Positions 1 to 10,162 of a stretch of DNA of 64,000 nt are shown piece by piece. The stretch comes from Sulfolobaceae archaeon (GTDB lineage: Archaea; Thermoproteota; Thermoprotei_A; Sulfolobales; Sulfolobaceae), in NCBI GenBank assembly GCA_038893355.1, contig JAWARQ010000005.1, positions 32,001 to 96,000 of the forward strand. Direction: 5' to 3'. The position numbers and the translations under genes were made by a program. The notes under the pieces were generated by a model that did no database searches, was not told where the DNA came from, and saw only the letters and a program-made list of their open reading frames with translations. The number at the start of each line of letters is the position of its first letter. Within the stretch, counting starts at the first letter, position 1.

Positions 1-416
1 AGTTCTGCTATCTTCTGAATTATTCTCTTTTCCTCTTCTGGAGATAAGGAATATGTCTGCAATTTCCATTCAAGCTCATTAATTCTCTTCTCTAATTTGG
101 CCGGATTTAGATCGGAAAGATTCTTAGCTAATTTCTTTATCTCATTAAATTCTTTTCTAATCTCTTGAATAATCTCTATTAACTGCTGCCTCTTCTTCTT
201 AAGTTCCCTTAATTCTTCTACCTTCTTTTTATAAACCTCTATGTTTTCCTTTATTTTTTTCCTAATCTCCCTTAACTTCTCTAGCTTTTCATTTTTTTCT
301 CGGATTAAATTCCTTCTTTCTTCAACTAACTGTAATTTTTTTTCTTTTAACTTTATAATTTCTTCCCTAAGTTCTGAAATTCTCTTATAAAGGTCTTCTT
401 CGGAGATTTGTGACAT
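1..416 (-). CDS. Archaeal coiled-coil protein (COG1340-like), truncated by the window edge
   Basis: Manual translation from ATG at 416: MSQISEEDLYKRISELREEIIKLKEKK...LEKRINELEWKLQTYSLSPEEEKRIIQKIAE; E/K heptad pattern; AGGT-type RBS just upstream; not in the ORF track. Confidence 0.75.
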   Translation of the reverse strand, partial: MSQISEEDLYKRISELREEIIKLKEKKLQLVEERRNLIREKNEKLEKLREIRKKIKENIEVYKKKVEELRELKKKRQQLIEIIQEIRKEFNEIKKLAKNLSDLNPAKLEKRINELEWKLQTYSLSPEEEKRIIQKIAE

Positions 417-566
417 TTACCTTACCTATCTTACTGTAGGTTAAAAATAATTCTCGCAATAGTTTATAAGAAGATTCCCTCTTAATTTACAATCTTGGGA
501 TTTGCGAGAATAACCCTTGGTATTATCAACAATGAAAAATAAACTCCCTTAAACCAGTTATTATTT

Positions 567-848
567 GTGAGATTTCAAATCATAGAGTTTGGGACTTTTG
601 AAAAAATAACTTTAAAAAATAAATGGCTTTTAAAATTAAATAATAAAAATAACTATTTAAAATTAAATCCAATAGGTAAGATAGTAATAGATGAAAATGG
701 GAATAGAGTAGGAAAGGTGTTAGATGTAATAGGAAATATTGATAACCCTTATGCACTAGTTAAACCATTAATTGACGAACAACCAAAAGGTAAACTATAC
801 TTAGAAATCCCTAGAGCAGTAGAGAAAAAGAAGAAAAGGAGGAAATAA
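567..848 (+). CDS. gar1: H/ACA RNP subunit Gar1
   Basis: VGKVLDVIGNIDNPYALVKP motif, basic tail, directly upstream of tfb2. Confidence 0.88.
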   Translation: MRFQIIEFGTFEKITLKNKWLLKLNNKNNYLKLNPIGKIVIDENGNRVGKVLDVIGNIDNPYALVKPLIDEQPKGKLYLEIPRAVEKKKKRRK

Positions 849-853
849 TAAGA

Positions 854-1735
854 ATGATGTGCTGCCCTAATTGTGGCTCTAGTGCACTAGCAGTTATTGA
901 TGGTCGTGAAACTTGTACCTCATGCGGATTTGTAATTGAAGAGTACGTAATAGATGAAGGACCAGAGTGGAGAGCTTATACTCCGCAGGACAGACTTGAA
1001 AGAGAGAGAACTGGTGCTGGACTTACTCCAAAAGTTCATGATAGGGGTTTATATACTGATATAGGAAGAAGCAGAGGCTCAAGAATTAGCTCTAGTAGAT
1101 TACTAAAAATGAAAATGTTACAAAGGAAAATAAGAGTTTCGTCGAGTGATAGAAAAATTGTAACATATCTTTCAGAGTTAAATAATGAATGTTCTAAGTT
1201 AGGTTTACCAGAGAGAATAAAAGAAACTGCAGCTACTATTCTAAGAAAAGTAGTAGAGGCAGGAGGTGATAAGAGGTTAAATAAAACCGCACTAATTTTA
1301 GTTACTATATTTTATGCATGTAGAGTCATGAGATATCCCATTGACGAGAATGAAATAATAAAGAGATATGGATTAACTAAGAGTGATATATGGAATCCTA
1401 TAAAGAGGGTTCAAATGATTGTTAAATCAAATTCTATGTTTCACTCTAGAATAAGTCCTAAGGATTATATACCAAAAATTGTCTCTAAATTAGGTTTACC
1501 TCAGTACATAGTATCAAAATCAGCGGAACTCGTAGAAAAGATGCATTCAGAAGGTTTAACAAGCGGAAAAGGTTATATCGCTATTTCAGCTGCAAGTGTA
1601 TATCTTATGAGTACATTGTTTGATAATAAAAAGACGCAGAAAGAAGTTGCAGATGTTGTGAATATTACAGAGGTTACAGTTAGAAATAGATATAGGGATA
1701 TAATAGAAAAATTTGATATAGAGGTTTATATATGA
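854..1735 (+). CDS. tfb2: Transcription initiation factor IIB (TFB2 paralogue)
   Basis: Zn ribbon CPNC..CTSC, B-reader GPEWRAY, two cyclin repeats, TQKEVADVVNITEVTVRNRY. Confidence 0.92.
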   Translation: MMCCPNCGSSALAVIDGRETCTSCGFVIEEYVIDEGPEWRAYTPQDRLERERTGAGLTPKVHDRGLYTDIGRSRGSRISSSRLLKMKMLQRKIRVSSSDRKIVTYLSELNNECSKLGLPERIKETAATILRKVVEAGGDKRLNKTALILVTIFYACRVMRYPIDENEIIKRYGLTKSDIWNPIKRVQMIVKSNSMFHSRISPKDYIPKIVSKLGLPQYIVSKSAELVEKMHSEGLTSGKGYIAISAASVYLMSTLFDNKKTQKEVADVVNITEVTVRNRYRDIIEKFDIEVYI

Positions 1736-1873
1736 ATTTTATTTACGATTAAATGCGAATATTAAATATTACAAACTATATAATCTATAAGCACTTTTGT
1801 ATATGTTATATTCCTATAGAGTGATTTAAATAAAGAAAATTAAAGTCGGGAAGGTATATTATATATATAGCGG

Positions 1874-2257
1874 TTGCATATGTCTACAGCAACTAATAAT
1901 AATTACGAGGATTTGGTATACAGACTTATAAAGGACAGTGGAAGTTCAGGGATAACACAACAAGAAATATTGAAAAGGACTGGTATTTCATCTAGAGATT
2001 TAACCATTATATTAAAGAGGCTTATTGAAAAAAATAAGGTTCAGAAAAAATCAGTGAAAGAAAACGGAAAAAGCAAGGTTAAGTATTTCCCGAATACTAA
2101 TAATTTGATTGAAATTTATGTAAAGCTAGATATAGTGCAAGAAACACCTTGTTTTAATTGTAAATACTTATATAAGTGTGGAAACGGGACACATATTTCA
2201 CCCTCTAATTGTAGTAAATTCTACAGTTGGATCTTGAGAGAAATAGGAAGTGCCTAA
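1874..2257 (+). CDS. tfeB: Transcription factor E beta subunit (wHTH plus Fe-S domain, C34/hRPC39-like); start may be ATG 1880
   Basis: N-terminal winged helix, C-terminal PCFNCxxxxxC...SPSNC four-Cys cluster motif; follows tfb2. Confidence 0.85.
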   Translation: MHMSTATNNNYEDLVYRLIKDSGSSGITQQEILKRTGISSRDLTIILKRLIEKNKVQKKSVKENGKSKVKYFPNTNNLIEIYVKLDIVQETPCFNCKYLYKCGNGTHISPSNCSKFYSWILREIGSA

Positions 2258-3393
2258 TTAATATTACTTGAGATTTTTATACATTCAACGATTTCATCAT
2301 AGCTTTTATTAGTTTTAATTCCCCTATAATCAAAATGAGTAAAAGAGCCATCACCTAAGCATTCAATAACTTTTTGCCTCTTAGGTACGTTCGTTTTAAT
2401 TCTAGAGGATAGAAAATCTAAACGCCAATAGTGATTATACTTACTTTCATTCTTTAAATATTCTAATAATTTTGAGATTCTATTATATGTTGTTAAATAA
2501 CTAAATTTCTCTAATTCATGTTTTATCTTTTCAATAAAATCTAAATCATTTAATTTACCTAACCATAAAGGTCCAGCTACTCTCATCGGGGTCTTACATC
2601 TTGGACATTCAAATTTGTGAAATTCCTTCGACTCAATAACAAACCCGCATTTTGAACATTCATAATAATAACCAAATTTTTCTAATAATTCATCAGTCCT
2701 TTTAGCACCCTTATTTACTTTAAAATACACCCTATAATAGTGATCAGCATAATAGGCTAAAATAGGTTCTAATGCTTTCTCTATAATTGCAGCCTCTGAA
2801 ATTATTTTTCCTATTAAAATTCTTAATCCTACCTCCTTAGAAAAGCTTAATTTTTCATTAATTGCTCCATACTTTCTTCTACATGAGTTTTTATGAGAAC
2901 CTTCTAAAGGAGCCAAATCAGTAGCAGTATATGCTACATAACCTCTCTTCCCAGCAGCTTTTACTGACGCTAAGACAAAAGGGATCGGACTTCCAAATGG
3001 GTCTATATCAATAAAGTCAGCGTATATTTCAAACAAAAGAGAATTCGCATCTCTATTATATACTTTAATACTACCTTGGGGGATATTATTTAATTTTACA
3101 TTCTCTATCATTAGATTATAAGCTATTGGATTCTTATCATTTAGTATTACTTCATTGACATTATTCTCGATATAATATCTTAAACCTCTTATTCCAGTTG
3201 CGGATAATGCATCAATAACGGATTTAGGCGAAATTACACTAACAAATAGTACACTTAAGTCTCTATTAAATACCATCTTTGGGTTATAGAACACTGGAGC
3301 CCATGCAGGATCTACGAAGTTATTCTTCTTCAGCTCTTCTAAATCTGGAACTAAAAGCCTTACCTTTCCTTCAACTATCTCTCTTAACTTCAT
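2254..3393 (-). CDS. trm1: tRNA (guanine-26-N2)-dimethyltransferase
   Basis: VFYNPKMVFNRDLS, DALSATGIRGLR, DIDPFGSP, Zn finger, GPLWLG. Confidence 0.95.
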   Translation of the reverse strand: MKLREIVEGKVRLLVPDLEELKKNNFVDPAWAPVFYNPKMVFNRDLSVLFVSVISPKSVIDALSATGIRGLRYYIENNVNEVILNDKNPIAYNLMIENVKLNNIPQGSIKVYNRDANSLLFEIYADFIDIDPFGSPIPFVLASVKAAGKRGYVAYTATDLAPLEGSHKNSCRRKYGAINEKLSFSKEVGLRILIGKIISEAAIIEKALEPILAYYADHYYRVYFKVNKGAKRTDELLEKFGYYYECSKCGFVIESKEFHKFECPRCKTPMRVAGPLWLGKLNDLDFIEKIKHELEKFSYLTTYNRISKLLEYLKNESKYNHYWRLDFLSSRIKTNVPKRQKVIECLGDGSFTHFDYRGIKTNKSYDEIVECIKISSNIN

Positions 3394-4273
3394 CTATTAA
3401 TTCCGAAACTTCTTCTAGTCTATATACTTTAAACCCTTCTTTCTCACTAGGTTGATTATATTTATTTATTATACATAACATTTTTAATTTAAATAATTTT
3501 GCAATTTTATTTGCTTCTTGAAACTTCTTCCTAGTCTCCGCTTCACTATTTGCCTCTAATACAATTATTCCCTTCTTGTCCTTATATTCTACTAGGAAAT
3601 CAATAGTGGTTTTTTTAAATCTAAAAGTCTTTAAACCGGATTCCTCAAACTTATTCAATAAGGTACTGTTAATAGCATCAAAATCTCTGTCCTCTTCATT
3701 TTCTTTCAAACTAACTTTATAATCCTGAATCACATCACCAATTATTTCTTCCCCAAAAACTTCTATCAGCTTCTCAGCAACCTCTATTGAGACATCAGCA
3801 TTTCCATGTTCGTAATTATAAACTGCCTGCCGAGAGACTCCCAATAACTTTGATAGATCCCCAAGGCTATAACCCATTTCTAATCTTTTCCTCTTTAGTA
3901 CCTTTGGATTAATTTTGATAAATATCCCTCCTCTTGTTCTATATATAAATAATCTCTGACCATCAATAATCTTACTCAAACCTTCTAAAGAAACACCCAT
4001 TATACCATCTCTTTCTATTACAATATCCTCCTCAGCCTTGTTTGTTAGTATTAATGGTGTGGTAGAAGGTAATACGGAGATTTTCTTTAAATCATTTAAC
4101 TCTTCATTAGCAATCTTTGCCTTATCAGAAACTTTAATAACTAATTTTCTCTTCTTAGTATTAACTACTAGATCAATAGATTTTTTAGATGTGGGATAGT
4201 CTATTAGTACATAGTCGCATTTTTGAGACTCTAATTCCTTTATAACTTCATTTAGTGTTAATGGCATTACCAA
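3371..4273 (-). CDS. Cro/C1-type HTH protein with flanking nuclease-like folds (COG1395)
   Basis: RTRGGIFIKI followed by HTH SLGDLSKLLGVSRQAVYNYE. Confidence 0.8.
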   Translation of the reverse strand: MVMPLTLNEVIKELESQKCDYVLIDYPTSKKSIDLVVNTKKRKLVIKVSDKAKIANEELNDLKKISVLPSTTPLILTNKAEEDIVIERDGIMGVSLEGLSKIIDGQRLFIYRTRGGIFIKINPKVLKRKRLEMGYSLGDLSKLLGVSRQAVYNYEHGNADVSIEVAEKLIEVFGEEIIGDVIQDYKVSLKENEEDRDFDAINSTLLNKFEESGLKTFRFKKTTIDFLVEYKDKKGIIVLEANSEAETRKKFQEANKIAKLFKLKMLCIINKYNQPSEKEGFKVYRLEEVSELIDEVKRDS

Positions 4274-4683
4274 CCTTCCTCTCTATATTCCTCAAAATTA
4301 ATTAAAGATACAGAAAGTGTTATAAATATTATTGAATCAAATTCCCTTAGTAACCTCTCTAAATCTGATGTATTGAGAATACCGTTCTTTTCTGAATTAA
4401 GTATAATATCGATAGCCCTCTTTTCCCACTCGCTACCACTTACTATATAAATTCCAGGTTCCTGCGATTTAATTATAACAATCGGAAGTCTTACAAGACC
4501 CCACATATATAATGGTAAAACTTTACTTAATTTTTCTACTTGATTCCTGTCAAATTCTACAATTTCACCACTACTCAATTTATAACTTAGTTTTCCTGAT
4601 AATGCATCTAATAACGTAATATATTCAGATGGTGAATAATTTAAAAGGCCCTTAAAGCCTAGGTTAAAAATTTTATCAATCAA
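4267..4683 (-). CDS. DUF61/UPF0216 family protein
   Basis: VRLPIVII motif, size, position downstream of fibrillarin. Confidence 0.65.
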   Translation of the reverse strand: MIDKIFNLGFKGLLNYSPSEYITLLDALSGKLSYKLSSGEIVEFDRNQVEKLSKVLPLYMWGLVRLPIVIIKSQEPGIYIVSGSEWEKRAIDIILNSEKNGILNTSDLERLLREFDSIIFITLSVSLINFEEYREEGW

Positions 4684-4685
4684 AA

Positions 4686-5387
4686 TTACTTCCCTTTATA
4701 CTTTGCAAGAACCATAGCATGGTCTTTATCGTAGGGATCCAATTGAACTATTTGAATTATTTCAAAACCTGCATTTTCTAACTTTTTAACTTCTTCTTTG
4801 TAAATCTCCCTAGGATCTCTTGTAACATCAATACTCCTAGCCTTTATTGCTAAGAACATGTATCCATTAGCCTTTAAGAAATTCTCTGCATTATAAATCG
4901 CAATATCAGTTTGATCAGGTTGTGCAATATCTACATACTGTATATCAGCATATTCAACAAAAGGTTTATATAAATTAGGAAATCTTGCATCTGCTAATAT
5001 AGGCAAAATATTTGGCCTATGTTGAGCAACCATTAATAATTCTCTAATAACTCGAGGCGAAAACTCAATTCCATATATCTTACCCTCCTGCTCAACGATA
5101 TCAGAAATATGACTTACAGTAGTACCCGATGCTGCACCAAGATAGAGTATTTTATGACCTTTACGGATAGGATTTTGAGTTAGACCTTTAAGAATTGCTG
5201 CAGCAAGCTTACTTCTGAACGCATTCCATTCTCTATATTCTACTCCCTTATATCTAATTAACTTTTCTCCATAAACGTTAATGCCGGGAGTTAAATTCTT
5301 AGTGCAAAGTTTAACAGAACCATCATTATAAATACATTCATAGATATTTTCAAAAGATGATTCTTGAACTTTAACTACTTCTGACAT
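4686..5387 (-). CDS. flpA: Fibrillarin-like rRNA/tRNA 2'-O-methyltransferase (start moved to ATG 5387)
   Basis: [42 protein letters not shown]. Confidence 0.96.
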   Translation of the reverse strand: MSEVVKVQESSFENIYECIYNDGSVKLCTKNLTPGINVYGEKLIRYKGVEYREWNAFRSKLAAAILKGLTQNPIRKGHKILYLGAASGTTVSHISDIVEQEGKIYGIEFSPRVIRELLMVAQHRPNILPILADARFPNLYKPFVEYADIQYVDIAQPDQTDIAIYNAENFLKANGYMFLAIKARSIDVTRDPREIYKEEVKKLENAGFEIIQIVQLDPYDKDHAMVLAKYKGK

Positions 5388-5394
5388 AGATTTC

Positions 5395-6609
5395 TCACTT
5401 ACTCTTTCTCTTACCCTTCTCTTTTCCACCTTTTATCTTTTGCTCTTGTTGTGTAACCTTTCTAGGAGGAGGACTCGCATATTTCTGCTTAATTTCCTCA
5501 ATTCTCTTCTTCATCTGTTCTCTCAATTGATCTCCTATAAATCTACCGCTAAATGCATCAACTCTTGCAGCTATTGCTAGTTTTGCTGCTAGTGCTCTAG
5601 CAATTTTTCCTCTCTGCCATCGCGGCGAAGAATGTATTGCAGGATATTGGAATATTACACCATGTTTTGGAGGTTTACCTCCAGTCCTTAATGCTCTAAA
5701 CAATGCCTTTTCAGCACCTAGCACTTGAATTGTACTTGCTGGCATTTTTGCTAATTCTTCTAAACTTCCAGCTAGGCTTAACAATCTTGCGCCTAAACTA
5801 TGCCCAACTAGAGCGGTTATATTAGGTGCAACTTCTTTCATTACAGCTTCTAAATAATCTGTTAAAGTTCTTCTTATTTGATATAATTGTACTATAGTTG
5901 ATGATAAGTATCTTATTGCTCTTAAGTCTAAATCTGTTATATCAGCACCTATACTCTTATTCGATGCATCAACTATTTTTTTAGCTAATTGTTCTGATAA
6001 TCCTAATTCTTTTAGAGCATCAATAGTCATTGAATCCCTCGATCCAATTTCCGTAACAATCTTTGAATATAACTCATGGTCATCAATAATCTTATCTAGT
6101 TCGGGGAAGTGTAGACTATACCATTCTCTTAACCTTTCTGAGAATAAGTTTATTGTCTTATCTATATCATCGATAGCCCTAATAGCCTGAATAGCTAATA
6201 AGTCTCTCTTCTGGGCAATTCCTCTTATTTTTCTCCTAGTATATTCTAGAGTTAATTGATGTAAGAAATCATAATATTCTTTTTCTGATTTTACGAATTT
6301 ACTATCTATCGCATACTTTACTACAGAACTTCTAAAGGTTCTTGCACCAATATGATTAGGTTGTACTATTACATTTACCCCTAGCTTCTGGAGGGATTTA
6401 AGCTCTTTTTCATTCTCGATTACAACCTCTACAGCACCTATCTTTTTTAAGAGCTCAACCGTAGAAGGGAATGGTTCACCATTTTCTGCTGCTATTAGTA
6501 TCTCTACTAGCTTACCTAAATCTTGGGGGTTAGTAATATAATCTACTAATTTACCTTCTTCATCAAATGCAAAAGACCCTATAGCGTGTTCAACTAAATA
6601 TATTCTCAT
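5395..6609 (-). CDS. nop5: Box C/D RNP protein Nop5 (Nop56/58); start moved to ATG 6609
   Basis: [36 protein letters not shown]; the longer ORF-track start overlaps rps30e. Confidence 0.96.
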   Translation of the reverse strand: MRIYLVEHAIGSFAFDEEGKLVDYITNPQDLGKLVEILIAAENGEPFPSTVELLKKIGAVEVVIENEKELKSLQKLGVNVIVQPNHIGARTFRSSVVKYAIDSKFVKSEKEYYDFLHQLTLEYTRRKIRGIAQKRDLLAIQAIRAIDDIDKTINLFSERLREWYSLHFPELDKIIDDHELYSKIVTEIGSRDSMTIDALKELGLSEQLAKKIVDASNKSIGADITDLDLRAIRYLSSTIVQLYQIRRTLTDYLEAVMKEVAPNITALVGHSLGARLLSLAGSLEELAKMPASTIQVLGAEKALFRALRTGGKPPKHGVIFQYPAIHSSPRWQRGKIARALAAKLAIAARVDAFSGRFIGDQLREQMKKRIEEIKQKYASPPPRKVTQQEQKIKGGKEKGKRKSK

Positions 6610-6671
6610 TTGTGACCACTTCTTCCTCAAATCTTTTAAGTATAAGTTTATCTTATATCTTTTGGGATAGT

Positions 6672-6842
6672 ATGCCCAGCCACGGTTCGCTAACAAAGGC
6701 AGGAAAAGTAAGGAATCAGACACCTAAATTACCGAAAAAGGAGAAACATAAAGAAGTACCAAGACTTAGGAACAGAATAGAGTATCAAAAGAGAGTATTA
6801 AATTCACAACAGAGTAGGGAAGCCGTAGCAGTGGCAAAATAA
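6672..6842 (+). CDS. rps30e: 30S ribosomal protein S30e (start ATG 6672)
   Basis: [19 protein letters not shown] signature. Confidence 0.95.
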   Translation: MPSHGSLTKAGKVRNQTPKLPKKEKHKEVPRLRNRIEYQKRVLNSQQSREAVAVAK

Positions 6843-6871
6843 ATTAATCTTTCTTTTTTATAATCCTTTTA

Positions 6872-8200
6872 ATGAAACTAGAGGGTTATAAAGGAAGAGC
6901 TTATGAAATTTTAGAAAGTATTGGAGCAGAGGTTGGAGATTTCATTGAAATTGAAAGAGATGGTCTTGTCTTGAGAGGAATATTAATGCCCTCTTATTCA
7001 CAGAATTCTGATAAGATTATAGTAGTAAAATTGGATAATGGCTACAATGTAGGGATCTCTATATATAATATAAAAAAAATTAATTTAATAAAAAAGAGAA
7101 CTCAACAGCAGGTTATAAGTAAAGAGATTAAGGAGCAAAGAAGTCAAGTTAAGATAATTAGTACGGGCGGTACAATTGTAAGTAAGATTGAATATGAGAC
7201 TGGTGCAGTAAGGCCTGCATTAACTACTGATGAAATAATTAGCTTTATGCCAGAAATAAGAGAATTAGGTGAAGTCTCGGCTGAAGTTCTATTTTCAATA
7301 CTAAGTGAAAATATGAAGCCAGAATATTGGATAAAAATAGCTAATGCTGTAAAAAAGGCATTTGATGAGGGTAATGAGGGAGTAGTAGTAGCACATGGAA
7401 CTGATACTATGTCATATACTGCTGCTGCCCTAGCGTTTTCACTAAAAAAACTTCAAGGACCAGTAGTACTTGTAGGGTCTCAAAGGAGTAGTGATAGACC
7501 AAGTAGTGACTCTGCGATTAATCTCTATACTGCAATACTTACTGCTAAAGAAGCCCCATTTGGAGAGGTTGTAATTAATATGCATGGCGAGTCTTCCGAT
7601 ACCTACACATTAGTTCATAGGGGAGTTAAAGTTAGAAAGATGCATACTAGTAGAAGAGACGCGTTTCAATCTATTAATGATATACCTTTAGCTAAGGTTT
7701 TGTGGGACAAAAAACAAATTAAAATATTAAGAAGTGATTATATTCCTAAAAAAGATGAAACGGAAGTTGATGCAAAATTCGATGATAGAGTATTTTTATT
7801 ATATTATTATCCTGGCATGAAAAGTGATATAATAGAATATCTTGCGTCTAAGTATAGGGGAGTAATAATAGCAGGAACAGGACTTGGTCATGTCTCACAA
7901 GATCTCGTAAGTAGTTTAGAAAAGGCTATTAAAGATGGTGTTTTTATAGGAATGACCTCTCAATGCTTATTCGGCAGGGTTAATATGAATGTTTATACTA
8001 CTGGCCGAATACTTCTAAAAGCGGGAGTTGTACCACTAGAAGATATGTTACCAGAAGTTGCATTAGTAAAGTTAATGTGGGGTCTAGCACATTACTCAGA
8101 CCATGAAGAGTTAAAGAGCTTTATGCTGAGAAATATCGTTGGGGAAATAAACTATGTGCATAAGATAGAACATTATCCTAGGTGGTATCATGGAGATTGA
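6872..8200 (+). CDS. gatD: Glu-tRNA(Gln) amidotransferase subunit D
   Basis: [43 protein letters not shown]. Confidence 0.97.
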   Translation: MKLEGYKGRAYEILESIGAEVGDFIEIERDGLVLRGILMPSYSQNSDKIIVVKLDNGYNVGISIYNIKKINLIKKRTQQQVISKEIKEQRSQVKIISTGGTIVSKIEYETGAVRPALTTDEIISFMPEIRELGEVSAEVLFSILSENMKPEYWIKIANAVKKAFDEGNEGVVVAHGTDTMSYTAAALAFSLKKLQGPVVLVGSQRSSDRPSSDSAINLYTAILTAKEAPFGEVVINMHGESSDTYTLVHRGVKVRKMHTSRRDAFQSINDIPLAKVLWDKKQIKILRSDYIPKKDETEVDAKFDDRVFLLYYYPGMKSDIIEYLASKYRGVIIAGTGLGHVSQDLVSSLEKAIKDGVFIGMTSQCLFGRVNMNVYTTGRILLKAGVVPLEDMLPEVALVKLMWGLAHYSDHEELKSFMLRNIVGEINYVHKIEHYPRWYHGD

Positions 8201-10085
8201 CTATAAAAAATTAGGATTAAAGGTAGGTTTAGAGATACATCAACAATTAAATACAACTCATAAGTTATTTTGTAACTGCCCAACGACATTAAGTGAAGAA
8301 TATACTGCTACTCTAGTCAGATATTTGAGGCCGGTTATGAGTGAATTAGGGGAAGTAGATGTAGCTGCTTTATTTGAGTGGGAAAAAGGTAAGAGGTATA
8401 TATATAGGTTATCCAGACCTACTTGCCTTGTAGAATATGATGAAGAACCTCCACACAGCATCAATGAAGAAGCCTTAAAAATTGCTATAGCAATAACTCT
8501 GGCGCTAGGTGGGGAGGTAGTAGATGAAGTTTACGTTATGAGAAAGACTGTAATTGACGGTTCTAACACAAGCGGATTTCAAAGAACAGCAATAGTAGGT
8601 CTAGGAGGGAAAATACTAGATGAAGAAGGAGTTGTCGGAATTCAAACTATAGCACTAGAAGAAGATGCTGCTAGAAAGATAAGTGAAACTTCTGAAGAGG
8701 TATTATATAATTTAGATAGACTAGGGATACCACTCATAGAAATTTCTACTGCACCAGATATAAAGACTCCAGAACAGGCTGAAAGAGTTGCGTTAAAGAT
8801 AGGGCAATTATTAAGGTTAACTGGTAAAGTAAAGAGAGGTATAGGTACAATAAGGCAAGATTTGAACGTATCAATAGATGGTGGTGTAAAAACAGAGATA
8901 AAAGGTGTTCAGAGGTTAGAGTTAATTCCTATTATAGTTAGGAATGAGGCATTAAGACAATATAATTTACTAAGGATAAAAGAAGAACTTAAGAGAAGGG
9001 GTTTAACACAAGATGATGTAAAGAAATCTTTAGTGGTAAAAGATGTTACTGAATTATTTAAGGATGTTAACAGTAAATTAATTAAGAACGAGTTAGGAAG
9101 AGGGAATGTAGTAGTAGGAATAAAGATAAAGGGATTTAAAGGAATATTTGGTTGGGAAGTCCAACCTAAGAGGAGATTTGGCACAGAAATTGCTGACTAT
9201 GTGAGAGCATTAGTAGGTTTAGGTGGCATTTTGCATTCTGATGAGCTTCCGAATTACGGAATAACACAAGATGATGTAAATAAAGTATCTAAAGAATTAG
9301 GAGTTGAAAATAATGATGCATTTATATTGATAATCTCACCTAAAAGTAAGGTTGATAAAGCTTTAGAAGTGATTATGGATAGAATACTTTACTCTTTCAT
9401 TGGAGTGCCTAAAGAGACTAGAGGGGCTTTAGAAGACGGTACAACTAAGTTCTTAAGACCTCAACCAGGATCAGCAAGAATGTACCCTGAAACTGATATT
9501 CCACCAAGATTAATTGATGATAAGATCCTTGAAGAGGCAAAGATGTATATCCCAGAGCCTATAGAGGTTAAGTTCCAGAAGTATATCAAATTAGGCTTAA
9601 GCGAAGAACTTGCTAAGGCTATATTAAATAATATTAGAATTGATTTATTTGAAGAATTAGTTAATAAATATTCCCCTAAGGTTCCACCGATAGTTATTGC
9701 GAATTTACTCGAAAACAATATAAAGTATGTAAAATCTAAGGGTGGTGATATTTCCTTACTAACTGATGAAATTTTAGAATTAATAATAAAATTCTTATAT
9801 GAGGATAAAATAACTAAAGATTCTATTCAAGAAATTTTACTTGAATTTACTACTACAAAATCTAATTTAAATGATATAATTAAAAAATATACTAAAATTT
9901 CGGAAGAAGAACTTATTAATATTATTAGAGAAGAAATACAAAAGTCACGAGAAGAAATTGAGAGTAAGAAGGATAAAGCATTTAACATAATTATGAATAA
10001 GGTAATGAGTAGAGTTAGGGGAAAGGTAGAAGGTAAAAGGGCAGCTGAATTAATAAAGAGGGAATTAGAGAGTATATTAAGATGA
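8190..10085 (+). CDS. gatE: Glu-tRNA(Gln) amidotransferase subunit E
   Basis: [48 protein letters not shown]. Confidence 0.97.
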   Translation: MEIDYKKLGLKVGLEIHQQLNTTHKLFCNCPTTLSEEYTATLVRYLRPVMSELGEVDVAALFEWEKGKRYIYRLSRPTCLVEYDEEPPHSINEEALKIAIAITLALGGEVVDEVYVMRKTVIDGSNTSGFQRTAIVGLGGKILDEEGVVGIQTIALEEDAARKISETSEEVLYNLDRLGIPLIEISTAPDIKTPEQAERVALKIGQLLRLTGKVKRGIGTIRQDLNVSIDGGVKTEIKGVQRLELIPIIVRNEALRQYNLLRIKEELKRRGLTQDDVKKSLVVKDVTELFKDVNSKLIKNELGRGNVVVGIKIKGFKGIFGWEVQPKRRFGTEIADYVRALVGLGGILHSDELPNYGITQDDVNKVSKELGVENNDAFILIISPKSKVDKALEVIMDRILYSFIGVPKETRGALEDGTTKFLRPQPGSARMYPETDIPPRLIDDKILEEAKMYIPEPIEVKFQKYIKLGLSEELAKAILNNIRIDLFEELVNKYSPKVPPIVIANLLENNIKYVKSKGGDISLLTDEILELIIKFLYEDKITKDSIQEILLEFTTTKSNLNDIIKKYTKISEEELINIIREEIQKSREEIESKKDKAFNIIMNKVMSRVRGKVEGKRAAELIKRELESILR

Positions 10086-10112
10086 GGGATTACCCCCGGA
10101 CCTGATTAAAGG

Positions 10113-10162
10113 ATGAAGAAAAGGCATTTGTCCGATTTAGTGATGAACTTGACCGCTTATGA
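10113..10162 (+). ncRNA. Box C/D guide sRNA (predicted targets: 23S A1938 equivalent and tRNA G18)
   Basis: C ATGAAGA 10113-19, 12-nt guide, D' CCGA 10132-35, C' GTGATGA 10140-46, 12-nt guide, D ATGA 10159-62; guides complementary to CAAAUGCCUU and AGCGGUCAAG. Confidence 0.72.

Noticed and set aside
6610-6723. N-terminal extensions of nop5 and rps30e in the ORF track (also flpA, GGGPS, Lrp)
   Set aside because: Longest-ORF artefacts; family-typical starts lie downstream and remove the overlaps
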